A DNA stretch of 64,000 nucleotides from assembly GCA_046582655.1 (NCBI GenBank), contig JAYGDX010000073.1, positions 40,561-104,560 of the forward strand, in the 5' to 3' direction. The notes under the pieces were generated by a model. It had not been told where the DNA came from. It ran no database searches and saw only the letters and a program-made list of their open reading frames with translations. How positions within the stretch are numbered: position 1 is the first letter of the stretch; each line of letters starts with the position of its first letter. Source of the stretch: Candidatus Poribacteria bacterium (lineage in GTDB: Bacteria; Poribacteria; WGA-4E; UBA9662). Position numbers and translations under genes: made by a program. Below are positions 31,101 to 41,127 of the stretch, one piece after another.

Positions 31101-32525
31101 ATGACGTCTGTCCAACTGTCGGCTTTGCGACGTATTCCTGCCATCGAAAAGCTACTAGCTTCCCAATCCTTTCTTACCATTCAGAACGAGTTTTCGCGGA
31201 ATCTGATAACAGAAGTCTTGCGATCAGTTATTTTAGATATCCGTCAGCAGATAGGATGTACGCCGGGAGCAGTGAATCTGCCGGATGAGTCAATGATTGC
31301 GGAGACGGTTCAAGAACGACTTAAATCAATCATGACTCCAAACTTACGGTCGATCGTCAACGTAACCGGTACGATCACACATACAAATTTTGGGAGGTCG
31401 ATACTTAGCGATGTGGCCTGTGAGAGTTTGATTCAAGCGGCAAAGAACTGTGTTAACTTGGAATTTGATCTTGCCTCTGGTAAAAGAGGGCACCGAGACC
31501 AAATTACAGAACCGCTTCTGCAGAAACTTACCGGATGCCAAGCCTCAACAGTTGTTAATAACAACGCAGCGGCAGTTTTTCTGGTGCTTAACACCTTTGC
31601 ACACGGTAAAGAAGTGGTTGTTTCACGCGGCGAATTAATAGAAATTGGTGGGGCATTCAGAATCCCGGATGTTATGGAATCCAGTGGAGTTATTCTAAAA
31701 GAGGTTGGTACAACCAATCGAACCCATCTGGAGGATTACGAAAAAGCTATTAATGAAAATACTGCTTTGCTTTTAAAAGTCCATCCCAGCAACTATCAAA
31801 TTGTTGGGTTCACAGAAATGCCGGAGATGCATGAAATTGTCGAACTCGGAAAGCAATATAACATTCCAACAGTAGAAGATTTGGGTAGTGGATCACTTAT
31901 TGATTTAAGTGAATACGGTTTGCCAAGTGAGCCGATTGTGCGTGACCGGATTGATGCAGGCGTCGATCTCGTCTTGTTTAGTGGGGATAAATTGCTAGGC
32001 GGGGCCCAGGCTGGCATCATTGTTGGAAAAGGTGGAATGATCAAGAAAATCCGCAAGAACCCAATCATGCGTACCTTGCGAGTTGGAAAACTGACAATCG
32101 CTGCTTTGGAAACCACACTGAGATTGTATCTCAACGACTTCAACCTAGATAAGAAACTGCCGATGCTTCACTGGTACACGCGTTCGTTGGACGAACTCCA
32201 ACAAGTAGGGAATCATCTGCTAAGACAACTGGGTGAAACTTTAGGAGATGAAATCCAAGTTACCATTGAGGAAAGCCTCGCTCAAATTGGCAGCGGATCT
32301 TTACCTGTTGCTAATTTGCCGAGTTTGGCAATCGTATTGAAATCGGAGCGACTGACTGCAAGCTCAATCGCCAAATGCTTTCGCAACCAGCCAAGACCAA
32401 TTGTTGGTCGGGTCCAAGACGACTGTTTTTGGATTGATCTCCGGACAGTCAACAACCAAGAAATTCAGTGGATCTGCGAAGCCGCAAGGTCAATCAGCCA
32501 AAAGGGTAACACAGAAAATTCATGA
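31101..32525 (+). CDS. selA: L-seryl-tRNA(Sec) selenium transferase
   Basis: TG...HTN.GR, VNNNAAA, SRGELIEIGG.FRIPD, EVGTTNRT, KVHPSN, EDLGSG, FSGDKLLGG; start could be 31083. Confidence 0.95.
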   Translation: MTSVQLSALRRIPAIEKLLASQSFLTIQNEFSRNLITEVLRSVILDIRQQIGCTPGAVNLPDESMIAETVQERLKSIMTPNLRSIVNVTGTITHTNFGRSILSDVACESLIQAAKNCVNLEFDLASGKRGHRDQITEPLLQKLTGCQASTVVNNNAAAVFLVLNTFAHGKEVVVSRGELIEIGGAFRIPDVMESSGVILKEVGTTNRTHLEDYEKAINENTALLLKVHPSNYQIVGFTEMPEMHEIVELGKQYNIPTVEDLGSGSLIDLSEYGLPSEPIVRDRIDAGVDLVLFSGDKLLGGAQAGIIVGKGGMIKKIRKNPIMRTLRVGKLTIAALETTLRLYLNDFNLDKKLPMLHWYTRSLDELQQVGNHLLRQLGETLGDEIQVTIEESLAQIGSGSLPVANLPSLAIVLKSERLTASSIAKCFRNQPRPIVGRVQDDCFWIDLRTVNNQEIQWICEAARSISQKGNTENS

Positions 32526-32887
32526 TAATCGACTGGTTCTATTTTCGACGATCTTGAACTTCCTGCCAGAAAGCGCAAGAGGTTCTTGACGTAAACAATT
32601 TTCAAGTTACACAGTATAGCTATGCAAACAAGGAAAAATTTGACCGCGAATTCACATGGAAGTTAATTCAAGAGGCTTCGCGAGTCTATGTTGCCAAGGG
32701 TAAAAAAATCGAGGTTTTTACACCGAGGCAACGCGATAGATCGATAATCCTAATGGCTTCGATTGGTCGCAGCGGTAATTTGCGAGCACCTACATTACAA
32801 ATTGGTCAAATATTTTGCATCGGATATAGTCAAGAACTGTATCGGATGATCAGTAGGGATACCCTGAGCGCAATAGAATCGAACTGA
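32522..32887 (+). CDS. ArsC-like (thioredoxin-fold) selenoprotein, Sec at codon 12 (UGA 32555-32557)
   Basis: MIIDWFYFRRS-U-TSCQKAQEVL...VAKGKK...GRSGNLRAPTLQIG...GYS; UxxC motif; 109 sense codons after the UGA; ATGA overlap with selA stop. Confidence 0.88.
32556..32585 (+). promoter_or_regulatory. putative bacterial SECIS hairpin
   Basis: GAACUUC(32556-62)/GAGGUUC(32579-85), C.A mismatch, UGC/GCA, G-containing loop CAGAAAGC immediately 3' of the UGA. Confidence 0.6.
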
Positions 32888-32897
32888 ACTGGTTGGA

Positions 32898-35096
32898 TTA
32901 GACCAAACCTTTCCATTTGCGCAAAAACCATTCGGTTCCGAGCAATCCCGCAGCAAGAATTAATATAATTGGACTATCCCAGAGATCTTTTTCCTCGGTG
33001 ACAAAAATTGATTCTCGAGAGTTTTTAATTTGACCAGGTAGTGACCTCGCTTCTGCGATAGGTAAGTACATACCTCCTGTCTGTTCTGCTAGTGATGTTA
33101 GTAATCCTTGGTTGAGTTGTGGATTCTCAAATTCAGCAACTTGTTGCTCAGCAAAAACTGTCACCTTGTCTTCTCCGATAGACGCACCACCAAAAGTGCC
33201 TGATACTGTTAGCGTATATTTACCTTCCTGATCTACCAAGAATTCCGCTATATATCTGCCGGATACTGAATCATCTTGATTAGTTCGAATTCGGAAAACT
33301 TTTTTGTCTGGAAGTGCAACATCAACCTTAAGCCTTGCATTATCAAAGGGTTGATAGTTTTTATCATAAGTGTAAATGGTTACTTTAATCTTTTCACCAA
33401 TTAGATACGTGTTTTTATCAGCAATAATATGGATCTGTTTAGTAGAAGGTTGGCTTGCCAGCCACCGTATTGCCTGCCCCCAAAAGCGAGAATAGCTGTC
33501 ATCTTCATCTTTGAAATCCCATACTCCAAACCCCCAGTTCCAAAGGCCTTCAGCGGCAATTAACAAACTCTTCCCAAGGCCATGCGGCTGAAAAACAATG
33601 ATTGGTTCGGGTGATTTTGATTGGTGAAATTCAGCTAGCGTTGTTGCCCCACTCCGGAGTTGAAACCCACCAATTCGTCTTGGGAGCGGAGGCAAATCCC
33701 GCCAGATAGCATCGTTTAATTTGCTTGTTTCTCCAAGTTGCATAATGGGATGGAATTTACCTTGTGTTGTTAAACGGAGTGAGAAATCTTGATCCCGAAA
33801 ACGGCAACCAATTGGTGGTGAAACGATTGGCAGTAAATCAGCTATCTCTGAACGTCCTAAACCGTTTCTGCCTAGCGAATTTTTCCCACCTAAAAACACA
33901 ATTGACTTGCCGTGCTCTTCAACAAAACTCTTAATTATTTGTTGTTGATTTGAAGTAAGTTCATTTGCTTTAATATCACCAATAATTAGCACATCATAAG
34001 CTAGTAATTCCGCTTCATTTTTTGGAAACTCTGGCTGGATTCGTGTATTCCTTTTTTTTAGCGATAAGACCAAACAGGTTGCTTCTATGTTTGGATCTCT
34101 TTCCAATACGCGTTTTAAGAAAGCGTAATCCCAGCGTGGCTGCCCATCGGTATAAAGGACACGGAGTTTTGACCTGACAACTTTAAGTGTGAATGTTTTC
34201 TGGTTGTTGTCGGTTGTCACCTCATTTTCTAGTGTAGGTAGCGAAACAAGGTATTGAAGCACTCCCTCCTCTCTTGGGGTAATAGTGAACGTAACAGTTT
34301 GATTCTCCTGATTTGACAAGGTAGTTGTTTCTGTGCCTATAACGCGGTCGTCCTGTTTAAGCATCAAGCGAATTTTCTTCCCCATATAGCCGATACTACG
34401 TATAGTTACCTTGATTTCTGCATTATGATCAGTGTAATTCACAGGACTGACTTCGATTTTGGTAATTCCTAGATCGTTCGGTGGGACGGGGTCACCGACA
34501 CCAATTGGGTAGATTGGCACCTTTAGACCCACAAATTGGTCGACCTCGAATTTTGACACATTGTGCCCGCCATCAGTAATTAATACGACACCAGCGATTG
34601 TTTGCCCACGCCATTCATTTATGGCAGTTTGAATAGATCCAGTAATGTCAGTTAATCCTATGCCCGTTTGGATTTCAGGAGTTTTGTGAGGGACCTGTTT
34701 AAGGTCTTGATCAAACTGGTAAATATGCGTAGCGAAACGATTACTCAGCTGCTGAACGAAATCACTATCTCGACTGAATAGCAAATGGTTCACCGGAAAC
34801 ATACGGTCAATTTTCTTACCGTTATGCAATACATCTTGAATTTCCATACTTTCCGATCTATCAGCTAAAATGAGTAGGTTATTCGGTGGGGTAATATCTA
34901 TCTGCTGGACTAGAACTGGTTCAAGCAGACAAGTGAGAAGGATAGTTGCAGCCAAGATTCTTAGACAGATGAGGATTGCACGTACTCTTGAAGAGACTGG
35001 ACTTTTGAGCCGAATATAAACGAATGATGTTATACCGACAACCACTGCCAAGGCTAGGATTACCTGCCACAACTGCCAGAAATAAGTAAACCGCAT
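32898..35096 (-). CDS. membrane protein with VWA-like, Ig-like and GATase1-like domains
   Basis: N-terminal TMs, DRSESM, LITDG, YPIGVG, FLGG, WNW, C-terminal EWFLRKW.GL. Confidence 0.75.
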   Translation of the reverse strand: MRFTYFWQLWQVILALAVVVGITSFVYIRLKSPVSSRVRAILICLRILAATILLTCLLEPVLVQQIDITPPNNLLILADRSESMEIQDVLHNGKKIDRMFPVNHLLFSRDSDFVQQLSNRFATHIYQFDQDLKQVPHKTPEIQTGIGLTDITGSIQTAINEWRGQTIAGVVLITDGGHNVSKFEVDQFVGLKVPIYPIGVGDPVPPNDLGITKIEVSPVNYTDHNAEIKVTIRSIGYMGKKIRLMLKQDDRVIGTETTTLSNQENQTVTFTITPREEGVLQYLVSLPTLENEVTTDNNQKTFTLKVVRSKLRVLYTDGQPRWDYAFLKRVLERDPNIEATCLVLSLKKRNTRIQPEFPKNEAELLAYDVLIIGDIKANELTSNQQQIIKSFVEEHGKSIVFLGGKNSLGRNGLGRSEIADLLPIVSPPIGCRFRDQDFSLRLTTQGKFHPIMQLGETSKLNDAIWRDLPPLPRRIGGFQLRSGATTLAEFHQSKSPEPIIVFQPHGLGKSLLIAAEGLWNWGFGVWDFKDEDDSYSRFWGQAIRWLASQPSTKQIHIIADKNTYLIGEKIKVTIYTYDKNYQPFDNARLKVDVALPDKKVFRIRTNQDDSVSGRYIAEFLVDQEGKYTLTVSGTFGGASIGEDKVTVFAEQQVAEFENPQLNQGLLTSLAEQTGGMYLPIAEARSLPGQIKNSRESIFVTEEKDLWDSPIILILAAGLLGTEWFLRKWKGLV

Positions 35097-35207
35097 AAGG
35101 GTTCTTTATTATGTTAAGGTAGGATAGTTAGTGAATTATTATACAACAAGGATTCCCTCTCAAAAAATAAAAAGAGAATTAAAAGGAGAGAGTAAGCAAT
35201 CGTTTAT

Positions 35208-35546
35208 CTATACGCTAAAAGATTCACCACAACCACATGTCGAATTCGCGTTTGGATTCGTGATTTTGAAGCCGGACTCCATTAAACCATCATTGAAATC
35301 GAGGGTTGATCCGGCAAGATAAAGCAGGCTGCGCGGATCGATCAAAACTTTTAATCCGTTGTGCTCAGTGATTTTATCATTGCTCTTTCGCTCATCAAAG
35401 CCGAGTTCATACTGAAAACCAGAGCATCCACCACCGACAACTTTCATTCGTAAGCCGTGTTCTTTGTCCTCTTCAAGATTGTCTTGCATCGACTGTTCCA
35501 ATAGTAAGACTGCCTTTGCCGCAGCAGTATCTGTTACCGTAATCAT
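35208..35546 (-). CDS. iscA: Fe-S cluster assembly accessory protein (IscA/HesB family)
   Basis: GGGCSGFQY, NPNA..TCGCGESF. Confidence 0.92.
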   Translation of the reverse strand: MITVTDTAAAKAVLLLEQSMQDNLEEDKEHGLRMKVVGGGCSGFQYELGFDERKSNDKITEHNGLKVLIDPRSLLYLAGSTLDFNDGLMESGFKITNPNANSTCGCGESFSV

Positions 35547-35593
35547 AATAGCCCCTTTTCGTTTCTCCATTTGAAGAAACATTCTGATCATAA

Positions 35594-35622
35594 ATTATAG
35601 TTAAGTTATGGACAAATGTCAA
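35594..35622 (-). promoter_or_regulatory. consensus sigma70 promoter for iscA
   Basis: TTGACA-17 nt-TATAAT on minus strand. Confidence 0.75.
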
Positions 35623-35635
35623 ACTTAATAAAGAA

Positions 35636-35664
35636 TTTACATTATCGTGCGACTGATGTATAAT
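35636..35664 (+). promoter_or_regulatory. sigma70 promoter for GT2 operon
   Basis: TTTACA-17 nt-TATAAT. Confidence 0.65.
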
Positions 35665-35706
35665 CTGGATTAATCCAAAAAGCTAATATAGAACCGAAAA
35701 ACGTGT

Positions 35707-36711
35707 ATGGCATCAGAAAATAATGTCGAAATTTCTATCGTTGTTCCTTTATTGAACGAGGTTGAGAACCTACCTGAGCTTTATGATCGGCTTCATGATG
35801 CACTATCGAAGCTCAAGAGAACTTACGAAATTATTTTTATTGATGATGGTAGTATTGACAACAGTTTCTGCATTTTGAAAGAGATTGCTTCTGTTGATGT
35901 AAACGTGCAAATCATCCGTTTCAGACGTAACTTTGGGCAGACTGCAGCCATGAGTGCGGGCTTCGACCATTCACAAGGTAGCGTCATTATACCGATAGAT
36001 GCGGATCTGCAAAATGACCCCAACGATATCGAAATGTTGCTTAACAAGATCGAAGAAGGTTACGATATTGTCAGTGGCTGGCGTGCGAACCGAAAGGATG
36101 GATTCGTTCTTAGACGATTACCATCAATACTTGCCAATCGGTTGATAGTTTGGCTAACTGGTGTCAAACTTCACGACTTCGGGTGCACACTCAAGGCTTA
36201 TCGGCGTGATGTAATTGAAAATATCCGTCTCTATGGTGAACTCCACCGCTTCATTCCCGTGCTTGGAAAACTCATCGGTGCAAAGATCACGGAAATCAAG
36301 GTTAACCACTATCCTCGCACACGCGGTCAATCGAAATACGGAATCTCTCGTGCTATGCGCGTGATATTGGATTTGATTATGATTCGGTTTCTGATGAGCT
36401 ACTCGACGAGGCCAATCCAAATCTTTGGATTGATGGGAATTCTCTCCTTCTGTGCCGGGTTTGTGATCTCAGCTTACCTTTCAGTCGGCAAGCTCTTTTT
36501 TCCTGGCGGGAAGAAGGAAGGATGGCTCTCCTACTTCTTCTCTGAAACAAGCTTAAATGAGCGCATGCCGATGTTAATCCTTAGTGTGCTCTTATTGTTT
36601 ACAGGTGTTCAACTGATCTCAATAGGACTTATCGGAGAACTCGTTATTCGTACCTACCATGAATCTCAAAGCAAACCAATCTATGTAATTCGCGAAATCA
36701 TCAAGCATTAA
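35707..36711 (+). CDS. GT2 polyprenol-phosphate glycosyltransferase (ArnC/GtrB-like)
   Basis: DDGS.D, RNFGQTAA, DADLQNDP, ELHRFIP, two C-terminal TMs. Confidence 0.9.
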   Translation: MASENNVEISIVVPLLNEVENLPELYDRLHDALSKLKRTYEIIFIDDGSIDNSFCILKEIASVDVNVQIIRFRRNFGQTAAMSAGFDHSQGSVIIPIDADLQNDPNDIEMLLNKIEEGYDIVSGWRANRKDGFVLRRLPSILANRLIVWLTGVKLHDFGCTLKAYRRDVIENIRLYGELHRFIPVLGKLIGAKITEIKVNHYPRTRGQSKYGISRAMRVILDLIMIRFLMSYSTRPIQIFGLMGILSFCAGFVISAYLSVGKLFFPGGKKEGWLSYFFSETSLNERMPMLILSVLLLFTGVQLISIGLIGELVIRTYHESQSKPIYVIREIIKH

Positions 36712-36722
36712 AATGGTGAAGG

Positions 36723-37091
36723 ATGAGAGACTATATTTTATTGATACTCAACGTTTTACTGACGGTAATTGGACAAATTCTCATGAAGCAGGGGATGATT
36801 AAAGTTGGTAGGATCGATGGTTCGTTGATAGATGTAGCACCCAAACTCATCCAAGCTTTCACAAACCCATTTGTCATTGGTGGTATCAGCATTTACGGGT
36901 TCACCACTATGCTTTGGTTAGTTATTCTCTCGCGTGTTAAACTTAGTATTGCCTACCCAATGCTTAGCCTTGGTTATATCTTCTCAATATTCTTTGCTTG
37001 GTTGTTGTTCAAAGAATCTGTGCCAAAAACGCGGATTCTTGGCGCAATTATTATCTGTTTGGGAGTGTATCTTGTGACCAGTGGCGAGTGA
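36723..37091 (+). CDS. EamA/SMR-type flippase subunit (ArnE/F-like)
   Basis: 4 TMs, GQILMK, LSIAYP. Confidence 0.8.
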   Translation: MRDYILLILNVLLTVIGQILMKQGMIKVGRIDGSLIDVAPKLIQAFTNPFVIGGISIYGFTTMLWLVILSRVKLSIAYPMLSLGYIFSIFFAWLLFKESVPKTRILGAIIICLGVYLVTSGE

Positions 37092-37259
37092 CCTGGTTCG
37101 CATGGAAGTCACATCCACGTATGCAGAATCCAACCATCCAGTTTGTTAATCCCTTCAGAATTTGAACTACATGACCGTACTCGAAAACAATGAGAGGTGA
37201 AATGACAAAAGTCATCCAATTTAAACTATTATATAGGAAACTTAACAAGGAAAAGCCAA

Positions 37260-37778
37260 ATGATCGACTTTTCAGAATATATTCGCGATATTCCGGATTT
37301 CCCAGAAAAAGGTATTGTTTTTAAAGACATCACTCCATTGCTTGGAGATGCTGAAGCATTCCGAGCTGTTATTGATGTCTTTGTCGAAGAATATAGAGAT
37401 CAAAATATAGACATGGTTGCTGGTATTGATGCACGTGGGTTCATTTTAGGCAGCGTTTTGGCATACCAACTTGGGATTGGTTTTGTACCGATTCGAAAAA
37501 GTGGGAAATTGCCATACAAAACTTACGAAGAGAGTTACCAACTCGAGTATGGTAGCAGTAGTACACTAGCAATTCACCAAGATGCCTTTTCTCATGGAAG
37601 CCGAGTCGTTATTTGCGACGATGTGATTGCTACCGGAGGGACACTTGCAGCAACGATTAATCTGGTTAAAAAGCTTGGTGGAGATTTAGTCGGAATCGCT
37701 GTGCTGATTGAGCTGGCCTTTCTTAACGGCCGTGAAAAATTTATTCACGAGAACATCTTTTCTCTAATTGAATTTTAG
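37260..37778 (+). CDS. apt: adenine phosphoribosyltransferase
   Basis: IPDFP..GI.FKDITPL, ARGF, RK.GKLP, LEYG, DDVIATGGT. Confidence 0.95.
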   Translation: MIDFSEYIRDIPDFPEKGIVFKDITPLLGDAEAFRAVIDVFVEEYRDQNIDMVAGIDARGFILGSVLAYQLGIGFVPIRKSGKLPYKTYEESYQLEYGSSSTLAIHQDAFSHGSRVVICDDVIATGGTLAATINLVKKLGGDLVGIAVLIELAFLNGREKFIHENIFSLIEF

Positions 37779-37830
37779 AGGGTGATATGATATACTTATG
37801 GCTTGATAATTTTCAGGCAAACAGTTTTGC

Positions 37831-37903
37831 ACGCCTGTAGCTCAGCGGATAGAGCAGGGGCTTCCTAAGCCTCGTGTCGGGGGTTCAAATCCTCTCAGGC
37901 GTA
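37831..37903 (+). tRNA. tRNA-Arg(CCT)
   Basis: Acceptor ACGCCTG/CAGGCGT, D arm GCTC/GAGC with A20, anticodon loop TTCCTAA, T loop TTCAAAT; CCA not encoded. Confidence 0.93.
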
Positions 37904-37924
37904 TATTATTTATTGGAGAAATTA

Positions 37925-40129
37925 ATGTACAATTTTAGTGCTTGGAAGCTAGCTTTAGTTCTAACCGTGCTTTTGTTTTCGATTTTGTATCTGCTTCCAA
38001 CACCGAATCAATCTTATGACAAGCTATATGGCTACCTTCCTCTCTGGATGCAGGAAAGACTGCCCGCGTTTGATGTTACCGACGACCATACACTAAAAAT
38101 CAGTCTGCAAGAAACTGATGAAGTTAGGTATCCTGAAGGAATGAATTATAGGAAAGTGGTAAATCAACTTTCCGATATCTTACGTAGTCAACTCAATGAA
38201 ATTGGGTTATCTGAAGAGGAAGAAGATTACATCTTTGAAACCACGGAGAATCGTGAATTTCACATAAAATTTCTCTCTGAAAAGGCAAAAACCAATAAAA
38301 TCGACGATCTAAACCTTTATGGCAGTATGCCTGCTGCTCTGCGTCGTATACTTCCTGATAAGCGCCTTAAACTGGGACTAGACTTGAGAGGAGGTGTTCA
38401 TCTTGTACTGGCAGTCGACATTGAACAGTCAATGGAAGCCATGATTAGAAGCCGTATGAATATAATACCGAGCAGAATGCGTGCTGAAAAAATTCGTTGC
38501 CGTAATGTTGATGGTGGTATCAGTATTCAAGCCACATTTGATAAACAGGTAGATCAAGCTGATTTAAAAGATCAGCTTACCGAACTTGGATTGGGTTTGT
38601 ACCGATTCGAAAAAGTGGGAAACAAAACTATTATCTCCGTGCAATACACGAATGCGGCGGATTCAGAAGGTAGTTCCAGCACCAGTCAAATTATCAGTAG
38701 ACGCCTGCGAGATGAAAAAACACTGTGGAAAGTTTCACCGGGCAGTATTGAAGTTACCGATTACTGGCTGAAAGCATTCGTTAATATCCCCAACCGTATT
38801 GCAATTGATAGTGTTAAGAAAGAAGAATATCTCGCCACTGCTAAAGAAATCCTCAATAGTCTACAGTATTTTAATGAACCAAGTGAAGAAGGCTCATCTT
38901 CAGACACTCAGATTGTTTATGGAATCCGCATAGATCCGGATCAAATAACTGAGTATAAAAATGAATCAATAGACCAGGTCTTAACAGTTTTGAGGAACCG
39001 TGTGGATGCCTTTGGAGTTTCCGAGCCATCGATTCGACGTGAAGCGAATCGGCCCCGTATTGTGGTAGAGTTACCGGGAGCTAAAGACTCTTCTGGACCG
39101 CTCAGAATTGTTAAGACAATGGGACTGCTGGAATTCAAACTGGTCGAAAAAAATCCAAGTGGTGGGAATATTTGGGCCGGATCGGCCAATACACCACCTC
39201 CCGACAAGATTCCTGAAAATACAAAAATCTACTATGGGAAAGTAGGTAGTACTGAAGAATCTGACGGCTGGTATGTTCTAAAAGACCAAGTTTTGCTGAC
39301 AGGCGATCGAATTGCCGATGCTTACCCTGACACGGGGGCAACGGGTTTTGAGAGAGTCGTTGCGCTTCGACTAGATCGAGATGGAAGAAGAAAATTTGCT
39401 GAAGTTACAACGGATCATGTTGGTGAGAACTTGGCCATTTTGCTTGATGGAAGAGTACAATCTGCACCTACAATCCGAGAACCGATTCCATCAGGAAGTG
39501 CTCAGATCTCCGGCAACTTCACTTTCGAGGAAGCCAGTTATCTGGCTAATATTTTGAAATCAGGGGCGTTTCCGGTGGGTGTCAAGATCGCTGAAGAACG
39601 GACCGTAGGACCGACACTTGGAAAACAGTCAATTGAAAATGGTATTAAAGCTGGCCTTTTGGGAATGATATTGGTTGTGATATTTATCTTAGTTTACTAC
39701 AAAATGTCTGGCTTGGTTGCTGTAATCGCTTTGGCTTTCAATATGCTGATTGTTCTTAGCGCTCTCGCTGGGCTTGGTGCTGCACTGACCCTACCGGGAA
39801 TTGCCGGCTTAGTACTAACCATTGGTATGTCGGTTGATGCAAATGTCCTGATTTTTGAGCGAATTCGCGAAGAATTACGTGCAGATAAATCAGTTTGGTC
39901 AGCGATTGAAAATGGCTATCAACGTGCATTTTGGACGATTCTGGATGCTAACCTGACAACGCTTGCAGTCGCCATAGTTTTATATAATTTTGGTACTGGA
40001 CCAATTAAAGGATTTGCCATTACACTCAGTATCGGAATTCTTGCTAGCATGTTTACCGCCATTGTGGTAACACGGGAAATTTATGGCTGGACAATTGGGA
40101 AAAAACAATTGGAAAAACTAAGTATTTAA
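37925..40129 (+). CDS. secD: protein translocase subunit SecD
   Basis: LGLDLRGG, RNRVDAFGVSEP, VGPTLG, TLPGIAG, VDANVLIFERIREE; start moved to ATG after GGAG (track start overlaps the tRNA). Confidence 0.95.
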   Translation: MYNFSAWKLALVLTVLLFSILYLLPTPNQSYDKLYGYLPLWMQERLPAFDVTDDHTLKISLQETDEVRYPEGMNYRKVVNQLSDILRSQLNEIGLSEEEEDYIFETTENREFHIKFLSEKAKTNKIDDLNLYGSMPAALRRILPDKRLKLGLDLRGGVHLVLAVDIEQSMEAMIRSRMNIIPSRMRAEKIRCRNVDGGISIQATFDKQVDQADLKDQLTELGLGLYRFEKVGNKTIISVQYTNAADSEGSSSTSQIISRRLRDEKTLWKVSPGSIEVTDYWLKAFVNIPNRIAIDSVKKEEYLATAKEILNSLQYFNEPSEEGSSSDTQIVYGIRIDPDQITEYKNESIDQVLTVLRNRVDAFGVSEPSIRREANRPRIVVELPGAKDSSGPLRIVKTMGLLEFKLVEKNPSGGNIWAGSANTPPPDKIPENTKIYYGKVGSTEESDGWYVLKDQVLLTGDRIADAYPDTGATGFERVVALRLDRDGRRKFAEVTTDHVGENLAILLDGRVQSAPTIREPIPSGSAQISGNFTFEEASYLANILKSGAFPVGVKIAEERTVGPTLGKQSIENGIKAGLLGMILVVIFILVYYKMSGLVAVIALAFNMLIVLSALAGLGAALTLPGIAGLVLTIGMSVDANVLIFERIREELRADKSVWSAIENGYQRAFWTILDANLTTLAVAIVLYNFGTGPIKGFAITLSIGILASMFTAIVVTREIYGWTIGKKQLEKLSI

Positions 40130-40142
40130 GGAGACTCAAGAG

Positions 40143-41072
40143 TTGGAATTACTAAAGGACACAGAAATTGATTTTCTCGGAAGAAGAAACATCGGTTTTA
40201 TGTTATCTATGGTATTAATCCTTGCTGGCATCATCTCGCTAATTTCTCATGGAGGCCCTCGTTTTGGAATAGATTTTAGTGGGGGAGTAAAAATTCGCGC
40301 CAAATTTGATCAGGTAACTAAAGACCAACTGAAGAGCAAACTAACTGAACTCGGTTATCCCCTAGCATCGATTCAACTCGATCTAACGAAAAAAGAAGCT
40401 ATTATTTCTGTAACTGAAACAAATGTTGAAAAAGGTGATATCAGTGTTGGTCAGACAATAGCCACCGGGTTACTTTCAGCTAATGATAGTTCGTTGAAAG
40501 TTGTTGCTGGCGGACTTAATATTTCCGAGGTTGGACCAAGTGTTGGAAAAGATTTAGAGTGGGCAGCATTATGGTCAATTTTGACTTCAATCTTAATTCT
40601 GCTTGCATATATTTCTTTTCGATTTCAGTTTCAATTCGGCGTCGGAGCAATTGTCGCGCTCATTCATGATGTGTTGATTACACTCGGTATTTTCTCTCTA
40701 CTAAAAATTGAGATTAATCTTCCAACTGTCGCTGCTTTTTTGACTATTATTGGTTACTCATTGAATGACACGATTGTTGTTTTTGATCGAATACGTGAAA
40801 ATCAGAAGATAATGAAGGGTGCAGACGATCTACACATTTTAAATAAGAGCATCAATCAATCACTCAGTCGAACAGTTATTACATCACTGACAACACTAAC
40901 TGTTGTGTTGCTGATTTATTTCTTCTCAACTGCCGGTGAGGAAATAAATACGTTCGCGCTTGCATTGATTATCGGAGTCCTAATTGGCACTTATTCATCG
41001 ATTTTCGTTGCAAGTCCAATAGTTCATATTTGGAAGCAAAAATTTCAAATAAACACACCTCAGACTTCCTAA
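40143..41072 (+). CDS. secF: protein translocase subunit SecF
   Basis: GIDFSGG, VGP.VG, HDV, GYSLNDTIVVFDRIRE, GTYSSIF. Confidence 0.95.
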   Translation: MELLKDTEIDFLGRRNIGFMLSMVLILAGIISLISHGGPRFGIDFSGGVKIRAKFDQVTKDQLKSKLTELGYPLASIQLDLTKKEAIISVTETNVEKGDISVGQTIATGLLSANDSSLKVVAGGLNISEVGPSVGKDLEWAALWSILTSILILLAYISFRFQFQFGVGAIVALIHDVLITLGIFSLLKIEINLPTVAAFLTIIGYSLNDTIVVFDRIRENQKIMKGADDLHILNKSINQSLSRTVITSLTTLTVVLLIYFFSTAGEEINTFALALIIGVLIGTYSSIFVASPIVHIWKQKFQINTPQTS

Positions 41073-41127
41073 GGTAACGCACGTTGCGTTTTAGTGAATC
41101 TGTGTAAACAGCATCCGTGATGTACCC

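Noticed and set aside
37831..37903. tRNA as an integration site
   Set aside because: No integrase or duplicated 3' end noticed; flanks are housekeeping genes
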